A stretch of 64,000 bases of DNA, taken from contig JBBQUR010000021.1 of assembly GCA_038212275.1 (NCBI GenBank), positions 24,165 to 88,164 of the forward strand, given 5' to 3'. Below the pieces are notes generated by a model. That model was not told where the DNA came from, did not search any database, and saw only the letters and a program-made list of their open reading frames with translations. The stretch is from Planctomycetota bacterium. Lineage in GTDB: Bacteria > Planctomycetota > B15-G4. Positions 20,649 through 31,245 of this stretch are shown here, one piece after another. The position numbers and the translations under genes were made by a program. Position 1 is the stretch's first letter, and the number at the start of each line of letters is the position of its first letter.

Positions 20649-22621
20649 TTCAGGAAGCGCCCCATGTCGGCGAGCGTGCTGAAGACGAAGGGCTGGCAGG
20701 CCAGCTTGGCGGCCGCTTCGTCGGGCACCGGGGCATCGTCCGCCGTGCTGATCGTGCTGCCGGTGAGTCGCCCCGAGCGGAACGGAAGCACGAGCTTGAG
20801 ATCGCCGCTCACGAGCGCCATCTGGTCCCAGTCGGAGATCACGAGGCTGTCGCGCACGGTATCGCCGAAGAGGTCGTGGCCGAGCGTGTACTGTTCGGGA
20901 GGCGTGGTCACGCCGAGCAACGTGAGCACCGTGGCGGGAAGATCCAGATGGCTGGTCAGGCGGTTGACCACTGCAGGCTCGCGCCCCGGCACCCAGAGCA
21001 CGAGCGGCGTGGCGGTCTGCTCCCTCGTGAAGGCCGAGTTGTGTCCCCAGTGGCCGTTCTCGAGGAACTCCTCGCCGTGATCCCCGGTGAGGACCACGAT
21101 CGTCGAATCGAGCAGGCCCCGCGCTTCGAGCCCTTCCAGCACGCGCCCGTACTGGCTGTCGAGGTGATGGCAGGCGTTGAGGTAGCGGTTGCGGATCAGC
21201 TCGATGTCGTGCTCGAGGTCGAGATTCGCGTAGTTCATTTCGGGCAGATAGGGCTCGCGGATCACGGACTCGGGCGGGAAGTTGTAGCGGGCGTGCGGCG
21301 ACTCGAAGAACATGAAACGGAAGAAGGGCTGCGAGGCGTCGCGTTCGTCGAGGCTGGCAAGCAGGCTGCCGACTCCGGCGCGGTCGTTCTCCCAGCCGGC
21401 AAGATCCGGGTCGCCCTCGTGCAGTCGCTCGGTGGGCACGCTGGCGAACACCGTCCGGTCGAACTCGGGATAGGTGAACTTCGCGCTGGTCCACGCGCGC
21501 ACGTCGTAGCCGTCGCGCAGCAGCACGTCCATGAGCACCGGACCGTGCATCGCGTCGTGCATCGGGAACCACGCATTCCCGTACAGGCCGTAGAACATCG
21601 CGAACATGCCCATGCGGGTGCCGTTCCCGCCGCTGAAGTGGTCCCGGAACGTCGTGGCGCGCTCCGCGAAGGCGGACGTCGCCGGCATCACCTCCGGGTT
21701 GAGCGCATCGGCGCGCAGCGACTCCGCCACGAGCCACACGATGTTCCACGTCCGGTGCGACGGCGCCTGCTCGATGTCGCCCAGCGGATAGCTCAGGTGG
21801 CTGCTTCCGTTGCCGTGGATGAGGTCCGGATCGTGGTGCTCCGTGATGCCCAGCATCCTGCCGAGACCGCGCCAGTGCAGTGGCACGTACATCGGAAAGG
21901 TGTCGGCCGCAGCGAGGACCGGCCGGTATTCGGTGAGGTGACTGAGGCAGTAGGTCCCGCGCTCGAAGAGACTGACGAGCAGCACGAGGCCGGCCAGCAC
22001 GAGCGCACGACGTCGCCCGGGCGGCGCGCGCAGCAGTCGCGCGAGAAGGCGGCTGCGCCAGGCGATCACCAGCAGCACGACCTGCAGAGCCAGGAAGCCG
22101 GCGGCGATGAGCGCGAAGGTCCATTGCGTGGACGCGCCGGCCTCCAGCGACTGCAGGCCGCCACGCGTGGTCAGCAGGTTCCACACGAAGCCGTTCAGGT
22201 GGAAGCCGTACATGCGGACGATGACGGTGTCGAGGTAGATCAGCAGTTGCACCGCCGTGGTGCACAGCACGGCGGCGCACGCCACCAGCACGTCCGGATT
22301 CAGTCCCACGCGCTCGCACCACGCAGCCGGGGTGCGCCACGCGAGCACGCGACGCATCACGAGCAACGCCCCGAAGACCGGAGCGAGATAGAAGAGCCCG
22401 TAGGTCACGAAGACGGCGACCACGTAGACGATCCCGAGCGGGCTGTCCGCGCTGGCGGCCGGCAGCCGACCGAGGAAGCCGCTCATCGTGACGAGCAGTG
22501 CGATCCAGCTCAGCAGCAGGTATCGCCACCACACCGGGCCATCGAGGATCGCTCGCGAAGGCCTGCCCTCCTCCTGGCGGGAGAGTCCGGCGGCCTCGGG
22601 GTGCCATGCGGCTTCGGTCAT
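20645..22621 (-). CDS. YejM/PbgA(LapC)-like inner-membrane sulfatase-fold protein (paralog 1)
   Basis: Same architecture: YGFHLNGFVWNL, NIVWLVAESLRAD, HFSGGNGTRMGMF, TGDHGEEFLENGHWGH. Confidence 0.82.
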   Translation of the reverse strand: MTEAAWHPEAAGLSRQEEGRPSRAILDGPVWWRYLLLSWIALLVTMSGFLGRLPAASADSPLGIVYVVAVFVTYGLFYLAPVFGALLVMRRVLAWRTPAAWCERVGLNPDVLVACAAVLCTTAVQLLIYLDTVIVRMYGFHLNGFVWNLLTTRGGLQSLEAGASTQWTFALIAAGFLALQVVLLVIAWRSRLLARLLRAPPGRRRALVLAGLVLLVSLFERGTYCLSHLTEYRPVLAAADTFPMYVPLHWRGLGRMLGITEHHDPDLIHGNGSSHLSYPLGDIEQAPSHRTWNIVWLVAESLRADALNPEVMPATSAFAERATTFRDHFSGGNGTRMGMFAMFYGLYGNAWFPMHDAMHGPVLMDVLLRDGYDVRAWTSAKFTYPEFDRTVFASVPTERLHEGDPDLAGWENDRAGVGSLLASLDERDASQPFFRFMFFESPHARYNFPPESVIREPYLPEMNYANLDLEHDIELIRNRYLNACHHLDSQYGRVLEGLEARGLLDSTIVVLTGDHGEEFLENGHWGHNSAFTREQTATPLVLWVPGREPAVVNRLTSHLDLPATVLTLLGVTTPPEQYTLGHDLFGDTVRDSLVISDWDQMALVSGDLKLVLPFRSGRLTGSTISTADDAPVPDEAAAKLACQPFVFSTLADMGRFLK

Positions 22622-22992
22622 CGCGCTGGCGCCCCGTGCTCAATCAACGAACGGACATCCACGATCCTCGCGGCACTCCGGCCCCGGTACGGCGCAGAAG
22701 CGCTGCCTCGAAATCGACGCGCCCAATCTAGATGCGCACCCCGATTCCAGCCGCATGAACATTCCGTTAGCTCGTTCGTCACCCCTCGCGGCTTCCATGG
22801 ACAGCATTGCCTGCCTCCGGGGGGCAAGCCACAATCGAGCGCACCAGCATGTCGGACCACCAGGGCGGCGACACCTCATGCCGACCCCGGGAGCCATGTG
22901 ACCACGATGATGCTCAAAGGCAGGCCACGACAGCAGTTCCCGCGGCGGGCGGTGGCGGCCCCAGGCCGGTCGGCCAGCGACCCGTCGCTGTC

Positions 22993-23694
22993 GTGAAGAT
23001 CCCCATCCTGACCTGGCACGCCGTGCTGCCGCTTCCCGAGGGCACGCAGGTGCGCGGCGCGGTCTCGCTGCGGGCCTTCGAGACCCAGGTGGCATGGCTT
23101 GCCCGCCGCGGCTTCACGTCGCTCTCGATGGATGCGGCGGCCGACCTGCTGGCGGGTCGCGGCACCCCACCGCGGCGCCCTGTCGTCCTGAGCTTCGATG
23201 ACGGCTACCGCTGCGTGCTGCAGCACGCCCTGCCCGTGCTGGAGGCCGCCGGGCTGCGGGCCACGCTTTTCGTGGTCACCGGTTCGGTGGGCGCGACGAC
23301 CGGCTGGTACCTCGCCAAGGGCGGGCAGTCCTTCGAACACGCCGGCTGGGACGAACTGGAGCGCGCCGCCGCCGCCGGCCATGGCATCGGCTCGCACACC
23401 GTGCAGCATCGCCGGCTCACCAACCTGTCGCCCGTAGAACGGGACGCCGAGCTGACCGACAGCCGGGAGGCGCTTCGCGCTCGCTTCGGTGCGTGTGACC
23501 ACCTCGCCTACCCCTTCGGCTCGGTGTCTGAAGCCGTGGCCGAGAGCGCGCTCCGCTGCGGCTATCGCACGGCCTGCACCACGCAGCCCGGCCGCAACGC
23601 TCCGGGCCAGCCGCTCGCATGGCTGCGCCGGCAGACCATCGGGCGCTCGCTGGGAGTGCTGGGCTTCGCGCACCGGGCAGGGCTGCCATGGTGA
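22993..23694 (+). CDS. Polysaccharide deacetylase (NodB/CE4, IcaB-like)
   Basis: IPILTWH, VLSFDDGY, IGSHTVQH, LAYPFG; start uncertain (GTG 22993 or upstream). Confidence 0.85.
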   Translation: MKIPILTWHAVLPLPEGTQVRGAVSLRAFETQVAWLARRGFTSLSMDAAADLLAGRGTPPRRPVVLSFDDGYRCVLQHALPVLEAAGLRATLFVVTGSVGATTGWYLAKGGQSFEHAGWDELERAAAAGHGIGSHTVQHRRLTNLSPVERDAELTDSREALRARFGACDHLAYPFGSVSEAVAESALRCGYRTACTTQPGRNAPGQPLAWLRRQTIGRSLGVLGFAHRAGLPW

Positions 23695-24548
23695 GCGGCT
23701 CGGACTACGGCCCGTCCGGGCCGGCGACGATCGTGCTGGTCGCGGCCTACAACCAGACCCGCGAGCTGCGCCTCACGCTGGCGGCGCTCGACGCGCAGAC
23801 GGACAAGTCCTTCGAGGTGATCGTCGGGGACGACGGCTCGTCGCCACCGATGGCCGGCCTGATCGCGGAACTTCAGCCCGGGCTCTCGATCAAGGTCTCC
23901 TCGGTCTGGCAGGAGGACACGGGCTTCAACCGGGCCGGCACGATGAACCTCGCGGCGCGCGAGGCACTGGAGCGTGGCGCAGAACTGCTCGTGATCCTCG
24001 ACGGTGACTGCATTCCCTTCCGCAACCTGGTCTCCGTCTACCGAGCCCGGGCCTGCCGCGGCGAGTTTCTCTGCGGCTCCGTCGGCATCCTGGACGAGGA
24101 CATCAGCCGGCGCCTCGACATGGAGGCCGTGCGGCGCGGCGCGCACGAACGCGCCCTGTCGCTGGCCGAGCGCCTGCGGCTGATCCAGATCCACTGGGGC
24201 AACCTGGTGAGTCCCGCGAGCAAGCTGAACCGGCCCCGCGTCCGTGGCGGCAACGTCGCGGCCTGCGCCGAGCTCTTCCGGCGCGTGGACGGCTACGACG
24301 AGGTCTACTGCGGCTTCGGCAAGGAAGATTCGGACCTGCGCAATCGCTTCCGCAATGCGGGCGCCCGCGGCATCAGCCTGTGGAGCACGGCCATCGCGAC
24401 GCACCTCTCACGCAAGACCACGGCGACAGGCGTTCGACAGCGCGCGCCCGACTCGCTCTACGACCCGGGCAAGTCGCTGATCCGTGCACGGCGCGGCATG
24501 AGCGCGTCGCACCCGGGCGCTCCCCTCCCGGACCCTTCCGACCCATGA
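23688..24548 (+). CDS. Glycosyltransferase family 2 (with GT7-like C-terminus)
   Basis: VAAYN, FEVIVGDDGS, LDGDCIP, GGN-DGYDE-GFGKEDSDL. Confidence 0.88.
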   Translation: MVSGSDYGPSGPATIVLVAAYNQTRELRLTLAALDAQTDKSFEVIVGDDGSSPPMAGLIAELQPGLSIKVSSVWQEDTGFNRAGTMNLAAREALERGAELLVILDGDCIPFRNLVSVYRARACRGEFLCGSVGILDEDISRRLDMEAVRRGAHERALSLAERLRLIQIHWGNLVSPASKLNRPRVRGGNVAACAELFRRVDGYDEVYCGFGKEDSDLRNRFRNAGARGISLWSTAIATHLSRKTTATGVRQRAPDSLYDPGKSLIRARRGMSASHPGAPLPDPSDP

Positions 24549-26890
24549 CACGACGCTTGCCTCGACGCCGGATCGCCCGCTTGCCGACTCCGCGCGGCGC
24601 CCTCTCGCTTGCCCTGTGCGTGGCGCTCGCCGCGCAGGCCGCGCGGGCCCTCACGCCTTCAACCTCGGAGCCGGCGCCCGCCGCCGGGCCGGCGCCGCAG
24701 GCTGCGGGAGCACAGGACGCGACGCCCGACCTGCTGTCCCCCGCGCTGCGCGACCTGTTCCACGAGGCGCTGTCGGGTGAGCTGGCCAAGGAACACGTCA
24801 TCGCGATCACGCGCCACCACCGCATCCAGGGCAGCCGCGGCTATCGCGACGCGGCCCGCTACGTGAGCGGGCAACTCGCGCAGTTCGGATTCGTCGCGCC
24901 GGGGCGCGGGCCGACAGGCACACCCACCGGCACCGGTGCAGGCGGCGGTGCAGGCGGCGGTGCAGGCGACGGTGCAGGTGCAGGCGACGGCGCGGGCGGC
25001 GCGGCTGTGGACGACGCCGAGGCCATCGCCGCGGGTCGCGCCGCCGGCGGCGTGCCGGGTTCGTGTCGCGCGGAGGATCCGCCGTCGGCGTGGGTCGAGT
25101 CCTTCGTCTCCGATGGTCGCGCGGTCTACCAGACCTGGCAGTCGCCGCCGGGCTGGGACATCGAGTCCGCGGAGCTGCGCCTGATGTCCCCCGCCGGAGC
25201 GCCGGAGGGCGAGCGCATCGTCGGCTACCCGGAGATCGCGATGAGCGTGGTCACGTACAGCAACGCGGGAGACGTGACCGCGCCGCTGGTCTGGGTGGGC
25301 AGCGGCGAGCGCGAAGAGGACTACGCGGGCAAGAACGTGGTCGGCAAGTTCGTGCTCGCGACGGGCTACGGCGGCGCGGTGCACCGGCTCGCGGTGCTCG
25401 GACACGGCGCCGCCGCGGTGGTCTGCTTCCTCGACGATTCCCGGGCCGCGGACCACCCCGACATGCTGGCCTACACCGGCATGTGGCCGCGCACCGAAGA
25501 GCTCGAGCGCACGACCTTCGGCTTCAATCTCACGCATCGCCAGGGCGCGCGGTTGCGCGACCTGCTGCTCGCAGGGCAGGACGTGACGCTGCACGGCTGG
25601 GTCAAGGGCCGCGGACTCGAGCCCTACTTCATGGATGTCGTGTGCGCCGTCATTCCGGGCAGCGAGCATCCCGAGCAGGAGCTGGTCTTCTCCGCGCACC
25701 TCGACCACCCCAAGGAATCGGCCAACGACAATGCCTCGGGCTCGGGCGCGGTGCTCGACATCGCGCGCACGCTCATGGAACTCATCGAGAGCGGCCGCCT
25801 GCCGCGCCCGAAGCGCACGCTGCGCTTCCTCTGGGTGCCGGAGTGGAACGGCACGATGGCCTACATCGACAGGCACCCCGAGCTGTGCGGGCCGGACGCG
25901 GGCGGCTCCGTCCTCGCCAACCTGAACATGGACATGGTCGGCGAGAACCTGGAGCTGCTGCATTCCCGCCTGATTCTCACGCGCACGCCGGACAGCCTGC
26001 CGTCCTGCCTCAACGACGTGGTCCTGAACATGGCGGAGATGGTGGACGGCCTGGACATCCGCACGCCACGCGGCGGCGCCTCCGCCTTCAACTGGCGCAT
26101 GACCCCGTACAGCGGCGGCAGCGACCACATGATGTTCCTGGACCGCAAGGTGCCCGCGATCATGTTCAGCCACGAGCCGGACTTCACGCACCACACCAGC
26201 GAGGACACGCCCGACAAGGTGGACCCGGTGGAGCTGGAGCGCTGCGAGCTCATCGCGACCGGCGCGGGCTGGTACCTCGCCAATCTGGCCGACGCGCAGG
26301 CGCTCGACCTCGTGGCGCTGGCGGGAGCCGGAGCGCTGGAGCGCCTCGGCGTCGCGGTGCGTCTGGCGCGCGCCGTCGAAGCCTCGGTCACCGACCGGAC
26401 GATCGAGCCATTGCCAGTGCTGGAGACGCTGCGCGCGCGCTTCGGCTTGGCCTCCCGTGCGGTGCAGAGCGTGCTGACCTTCCATGCGGGCGAGGACACC
26501 GCGCTGGCGGTGGAGCGCTGGGAGTCCGTACTCAACGGGCTGGCCGACCCGCTCTGGCTCGCCGGGGCGACGTGGTCCGGCGCGGAGGCCGTCACCCGCA
26601 GCTTCGGCGATGGAGGCCTCGACGCGGGCGTGCGGCGGCTCACGCGCGGGCCCCTGGATTTCGGGCTGCCGGAGAGCCGGCTCTCGCCCGAGGACATCGC
26701 GACGCTGCACGCGCAGGCGCCGGACTTCGATGGCGACGTGCGCTTCGAGCTGGTCAACTTCATCGGACCCGACGCGAGTGCGGTCGAGATCGCGCGGGCA
26801 CTCAGCACCGAGTTCCGGCGCGAGATCACGCCGGCGCAGGTGAGCGCCTACCTCGACGCGCTCGTGAAGGTCGGAGCGGTTTCCTACTAG
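24545..26890 (+). CDS. Secreted M28-family metallopeptidase with PA domain (DUF4910-like)
   Basis: Signal peptide; SAHLDH, ANDNASG, WVPEWNG, NMDMVG, GGSDH, HHTSEDTPD; ATGA coupling to GT2. Confidence 0.83.
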   Translation: MTRRLPRRRIARLPTPRGALSLALCVALAAQAARALTPSTSEPAPAAGPAPQAAGAQDATPDLLSPALRDLFHEALSGELAKEHVIAITRHHRIQGSRGYRDAARYVSGQLAQFGFVAPGRGPTGTPTGTGAGGGAGGGAGDGAGAGDGAGGAAVDDAEAIAAGRAAGGVPGSCRAEDPPSAWVESFVSDGRAVYQTWQSPPGWDIESAELRLMSPAGAPEGERIVGYPEIAMSVVTYSNAGDVTAPLVWVGSGEREEDYAGKNVVGKFVLATGYGGAVHRLAVLGHGAAAVVCFLDDSRAADHPDMLAYTGMWPRTEELERTTFGFNLTHRQGARLRDLLLAGQDVTLHGWVKGRGLEPYFMDVVCAVIPGSEHPEQELVFSAHLDHPKESANDNASGSGAVLDIARTLMELIESGRLPRPKRTLRFLWVPEWNGTMAYIDRHPELCGPDAGGSVLANLNMDMVGENLELLHSRLILTRTPDSLPSCLNDVVLNMAEMVDGLDIRTPRGGASAFNWRMTPYSGGSDHMMFLDRKVPAIMFSHEPDFTHHTSEDTPDKVDPVELERCELIATGAGWYLANLADAQALDLVALAGAGALERLGVAVRLARAVEASVTDRTIEPLPVLETLRARFGLASRAVQSVLTFHAGEDTALAVERWESVLNGLADPLWLAGATWSGAEAVTRSFGDGGLDAGVRRLTRGPLDFGLPESRLSPEDIATLHAQAPDFDGDVRFELVNFIGPDASAVEIARALSTEFRREITPAQVSAYLDALVKVGAVSY

Positions 26891-26947
26891 CGGTTTCCTG
26901 CTGAGGCCGCGCGCAGCGCCGCGCGGCGCGCGGGGCACCGGCGCGAA

Positions 26948-29122
26948 CTACAGCGCGCCGAAGGCCTTCAGTGCAAACGTGGACTGGCCGGCCGAGTCGA
27001 ACACGACCGGCACGACGATCCATTGCCCCGCGGGCAGCTTGGGCATGTCGGGGATGGAGAGAAGGTATTGGCCGTTGGCCTGTGCGGTCGCCGGGAGCGC
27101 ACCCAGGTAGACCGGTCCGGGCGCCGCGAAGTGGATCTGCACCGAGGTGATGTCCGCCGCGCCGTCGGGGTCCGACACGGTGACGGTGATGTGGAAGGTC
27201 TCGCCGCCGTGAAGCGGCGTCGGCAGCACCGTGACGCCGACGATCTTGGGCGGCGCGTTGGCCACCTCGATGCGCCGGACGACCGCTGCCCAGTCGCGGC
27301 CGGTGTCGTGAGGCGGATCGCCCAGCGTGACGACGCCCGGGCCCCGCACCGTGCCGATGCTGCCGAGCTGGAGCGCGCCGCCATGCAGCGGATCGAGCCA
27401 GCGCACCTCGAAGCTGGAGGGCGCGCTGCCCACGTCGAGGCTCGGACTGCCACCCAGCGGAAGGTAGATCGCGTAGTTCTCACCCGGCTGAGCAAGGCAC
27501 CACGCCGTCGTGGGGCCGCCGGTGACGGCCACGGCGGAAGCCAGCGCGTCGGCGGGCTGCAGGTCGGGCAGCGGGAGCTGCTGCTCGAAGAACTCGCGCG
27601 CGATGCGCGACTGGTCCCACATCGCGGCGCGCGCCCGGAAATCCTCGCAGTCGACGTCGTCGTTCGGAAAGGCGTAACCGAAGTACCACTCGCAACCCGC
27701 GCCGCCCGCCATGAGGTTGCCCCACAGCGCTTGGCGCCGCACGTTGTCGTGCGAGGGGTCGTTGACGTCGGGCATGACGCCCGCGTTCGGCGGTCCGATC
27801 TCGTCCACGGTCACGGCCCACCGCTTGCCGCCGGCCTGCGACGCGGACAGCCAGGTGGCCGTCTCGGCGTGCGAGGTCTGCACGTCCAGGATCTGCAGCG
27901 AGGCGCCCTCCAGCGCACCGGCCGCGATGAGCGGCATGTACACACCGGTCTTGGCTGTCGGGAAGGTGTGCACGACGATCGGATGGTCGTACGGGTCAAG
28001 TGCCTGGATGCGATCCTTGAAGGCCAGCAGCTGGGCGCTGGTGTTGGTGTTCTCCTCGCCGAGGTTCCACTGGAGCGCGGGATGGTGCGCGAAGCGCGCC
28101 ACGAGCTCGCGGTAATAGAGCTTGCGCTGCGTGTCCAGGGCGCCGCCGTCCAGCGCGAGCGGCCCCGTGTCGTTCTCGGTCTCCTGCGTGACGACGTGCA
28201 GCATGATCCCGCGATGGTCCATGTGCTCGAACACGCGGTTCCACTGCTCGAGCTTGCTCACGTCGAAGCGCAGCCGCTCGCTGGATGAGGTCCACGGCCA
28301 GACATCCTTGCCGTCGCCACCGACGTTGAAGGTCAGGAAGTAGGCGCTGTTGACGCCGCGGCTCGCGAGGTAGTTCAGCGCGCCGACGAGACCTTTGCCC
28401 TTGCCGCCGGCCCACGTCGGATCACCAGCCGTCCAGTCCGCGACGTGCGCGGCGTAGGCATGCGTGGGCGTCGTGCCGTCGAAATCCTTGAAGGCGAGCA
28501 GATTCTCGGGGCTGTTCGTGCCCGTCTTCACGAAGGGCCGGCCGCTGCCTGCAAAGCGGAGGTAGCGCCCGCCGTCCCAGACGAGCAGGCCATCCTTGTG
28601 AAAGCCCGCGGCGTTCGTGGGCATCGGGGCGATGGTGAAGGAGCCGCTGGCGCCGTTGAAGGCCGTGGGCGTACCCGCCGCAAGATCCAGGCTGGTGGCG
28701 ATGCCAGGCCCGGCGCGGAAGATCGCCTTGTAGGTCCACTTGCCGGCCACGTTGGGCAAAAGGTGCGCGCGCCACACGCCGCCCGAACTCGCTCCCGTGT
28801 CTGCCGACAGGCCGTCGGCCGCGTAGTAGCCGGGTACGACGAACTGCATGCCGCTGACCGGGTGGCGGAAGGTCACGTCGAGCCGCAGATCGAGGAAGGG
28901 ATTCGTCGCGGCCTGCTCGTCGGTCGACGCGGCGACGAAGTCGACGACGGCGTCGCCCCAGACGACGAGCGAACCGCGCACGGTGCCGAGTGCAGCGGAC
29001 TGCGGCGCGAGCGCCGCCGTCGACACGGACAATGCACAGAGCAAGGCGCCGACGAGCGACGCAACGAAGGCACGCTGCGGCCGCGGCCGCACGGCGGGGC
29101 TTCCGCCGGAGAGGCTGGACAT
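26948..29122 (-). CDS. Secreted DUF5060 / TIM-barrel putative glycoside hydrolase with C-terminal beta domains
   Basis: Signal peptide; NPFLDLRLDVTFRHP-VPGYYAADG-WRAH, ELVARFAHHPALQWNLGEEN, LWGNLMAGGAG. Confidence 0.7.
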   Translation of the reverse strand: MSSLSGGSPAVRPRPQRAFVASLVGALLCALSVSTAALAPQSAALGTVRGSLVVWGDAVVDFVAASTDEQAATNPFLDLRLDVTFRHPVSGMQFVVPGYYAADGLSADTGASSGGVWRAHLLPNVAGKWTYKAIFRAGPGIATSLDLAAGTPTAFNGASGSFTIAPMPTNAAGFHKDGLLVWDGGRYLRFAGSGRPFVKTGTNSPENLLAFKDFDGTTPTHAYAAHVADWTAGDPTWAGGKGKGLVGALNYLASRGVNSAYFLTFNVGGDGKDVWPWTSSSERLRFDVSKLEQWNRVFEHMDHRGIMLHVVTQETENDTGPLALDGGALDTQRKLYYRELVARFAHHPALQWNLGEENTNTSAQLLAFKDRIQALDPYDHPIVVHTFPTAKTGVYMPLIAAGALEGASLQILDVQTSHAETATWLSASQAGGKRWAVTVDEIGPPNAGVMPDVNDPSHDNVRRQALWGNLMAGGAGCEWYFGYAFPNDDVDCEDFRARAAMWDQSRIAREFFEQQLPLPDLQPADALASAVAVTGGPTTAWCLAQPGENYAIYLPLGGSPSLDVGSAPSSFEVRWLDPLHGGALQLGSIGTVRGPGVVTLGDPPHDTGRDWAAVVRRIEVANAPPKIVGVTVLPTPLHGGETFHITVTVSDPDGAADITSVQIHFAAPGPVYLGALPATAQANGQYLLSIPDMPKLPAGQWIVVPVVFDSAGQSTFALKAFGAL

Positions 29123-29380
29123 GGGATCGGGGCTCGGGAGGAGGATTCGGGGCGAGGCACTGCACGGGCAGATGCAATCCCCGAGCGTGGCCGCGTCTTC
29201 GGGAGGTGACGCGACGGCTCCGGAGCTCGCACCGCGCCGACCGGATCTTGATTCAGCGCGCGGGGAGGATACGGAAAGGTTGGCGAAGTGTCAGCAGTCT
29301 GCACCCCGGACACCGGCGGGATGCGGCGTGCGTCACCGGCACCTCAGACCGGGCGCTCACGCTCCCGCGACGCAGCGCGG

Positions 29381-31195
29381 TCAGGCCACGACGAATTGGC
29401 GCTGGACCAGGCGCCGATAGAGCCCTTCCTGCCCGGCCAGCGTCTCGTGTGTCCCGGTTTGCACGACGCGACCGGCCTCCAGCACGATCACGCGGTCCGC
29501 ATCGCGCACGGTGGAGAGCCGGTGCGCGATGACAAGGCTGGTGCGGTGCTCCATGAGCCGGTCCAGGGCCTCCTTCACCAGCGCCTCGCTCTCGGCGTCC
29601 AGCGCGGAGGTCGCCTCGTCCAGGATCAGGATCTTCGGGTCCTTGAGCAGGGCGCGGGCGATGGCGACGCGCTGCTTCTGCCCGCCGGAGAGTTGCACGC
29701 CGCGCTCGCCCACCGGCGTGGCATAGCCCTGCGGCAGCGCCGTGATGAAGTCGTGCGCGTTGGCGGCGCGCGCGGCGGCCTCCACGTCGGCGTCGCTCGC
29801 GCCGTCGCGCCCGTAGCGGATGTTCTCCGCGATGCTCGTGCTGAAGAGGATCGGCTCCTGCGCCACGCTGCCGATGTGCGCGCGCAACCACGACGGGTCC
29901 AGCGTGCGGATGTCCACGCCGTCGAGCAGCACCGCGCCGGACTCGCAGTCGTAGAAGCGCGGGATGAGCGCGGCGATGGTGGACTTGCCCGCACCCGACG
30001 AACCCACCAGGGCCACGACCTCGCCCGGCTCCACCACCAGGCTCACGTGGTCGAGCGCCGGCACGTCGGGCCGCGTGGGGTAGCGGAAGCTCACGTCGCG
30101 CAGCTCGATGCGGCCGCTCACGTGCGGCAGGCGCGCCCCGCCGGTGACCGGCATCGCGGGTTGCCGGTCGAGCAGTTCGAACACGCGGGCGGATGAGCCG
30201 CGCGCCTTCATGAGTTCGGCCCAGAGCTCACCCATGCCGCCCATCGCGAAGCCCACCGTCGCGCCGTACATGATGAACTGGAGCAGCTCGCCGCTCGTGA
30301 GCTGCCCCTCCATGGATTGCTTCAGGCCGAGCCACAGCACCGCGCCCAGCGCGGCGAAGCTCGCGAAGTACGAGACGCCCACGAAGACCGCGATGCCCTT
30401 CATGCGCAGGCGCGAGAGTTCGAAACTCCTCCAGACGGCGGCGCCGTAGCGCTCGCCTTCGGCCGCCTCGCGCGTGAACGAGCGCACCGTGCGCAGGCCG
30501 CCGATGGTCTCCTCCGCCACCGCGCCCGAGGCCGCCAGCGCATCCTGCGACTGCCGGCTGATGCGCTCGATGCGCTTGCCCACCCAGACGGCTCCGATCG
30601 CGATGGGAGGCACCAGCGCCAGCATGAGCAGCGCAAGCTGCGGCGAGGTGAGGTACATGAGCGCCAGCCCGCCGAGCATCAACACCAGGTTGCGCAGCGC
30701 CATGGAGGCGTTGACCGTGACGGTGGTCTGCAGCACCGTCGTGTCCGACGCGAGCCGGCTCATGAGTTCGCCCGTACGGCGCTCGTCGAAGAAGGCGACC
30801 TCCTGCTGCAGGACGCGCGCGTACAGCGTCTTGCGCAGCCGGGCGACGATGCGCTCGCCGGCCACGGTGAACAGATACATGCGCAGCCCGATGGACAGCG
30901 CCTGCACGCCCACGATCGCGACCATGGCCTGCACGTCGCGCGTGAGCACGCCCATGTCGCCCAGTTTCTGGTCGTCGATGATGATGCGGAAGGCCTGCGG
31001 ATAGGCCAGGCCCGCCGCGCTGCCGAGCACCAGGAACACGGTGCCCACGCCGATGAGCCGGCGCTCCTGGCGCGCCAGTTCCCACAGGCGGCGGACCGGC
31101 AGTGAACGCAGGGAGCGCACCCCTCCCGCCTCGCCACCCAGCGCCTCGTCGTCCATCGGAGCATCGTGCCGCATCGGGTCGACGGGGACCAGCAT
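29381..31195 (-). CDS. ABC exporter, fused permease + ATPase (ABCB/MsbA/TAP-like)
   Basis: FFDERRTGELMSRL, Walker A GSSGAGKST, signature LSGGQKQR, Walker B ILILDEATSALD, IAHRLST; start may be 31156. Confidence 0.93.
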   Translation of the reverse strand: MLVPVDPMRHDAPMDDEALGGEAGGVRSLRSLPVRRLWELARQERRLIGVGTVFLVLGSAAGLAYPQAFRIIIDDQKLGDMGVLTRDVQAMVAIVGVQALSIGLRMYLFTVAGERIVARLRKTLYARVLQQEVAFFDERRTGELMSRLASDTTVLQTTVTVNASMALRNLVLMLGGLALMYLTSPQLALLMLALVPPIAIGAVWVGKRIERISRQSQDALAASGAVAEETIGGLRTVRSFTREAAEGERYGAAVWRSFELSRLRMKGIAVFVGVSYFASFAALGAVLWLGLKQSMEGQLTSGELLQFIMYGATVGFAMGGMGELWAELMKARGSSARVFELLDRQPAMPVTGGARLPHVSGRIELRDVSFRYPTRPDVPALDHVSLVVEPGEVVALVGSSGAGKSTIAALIPRFYDCESGAVLLDGVDIRTLDPSWLRAHIGSVAQEPILFSTSIAENIRYGRDGASDADVEAAARAANAHDFITALPQGYATPVGERGVQLSGGQKQRVAIARALLKDPKILILDEATSALDAESEALVKEALDRLMEHRTSLVIAHRLSTVRDADRVIVLEAGRVVQTGTHETLAGQEGLYRRLVQRQFVVA

Positions 31196-31245
31196 TCGGC
31201 TTCGTGGGGGAAACCGCCGCGTCGCTGGCTTAGTCTCTGGCCCGC

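Noticed and set aside
18603..22643. 1346-aa ORF suggesting one giant protein
   Set aside because: Its N-terminal half is off-frame, Arg-rich shadow of the 20645-22621 gene; the real second gene starts at 20648.
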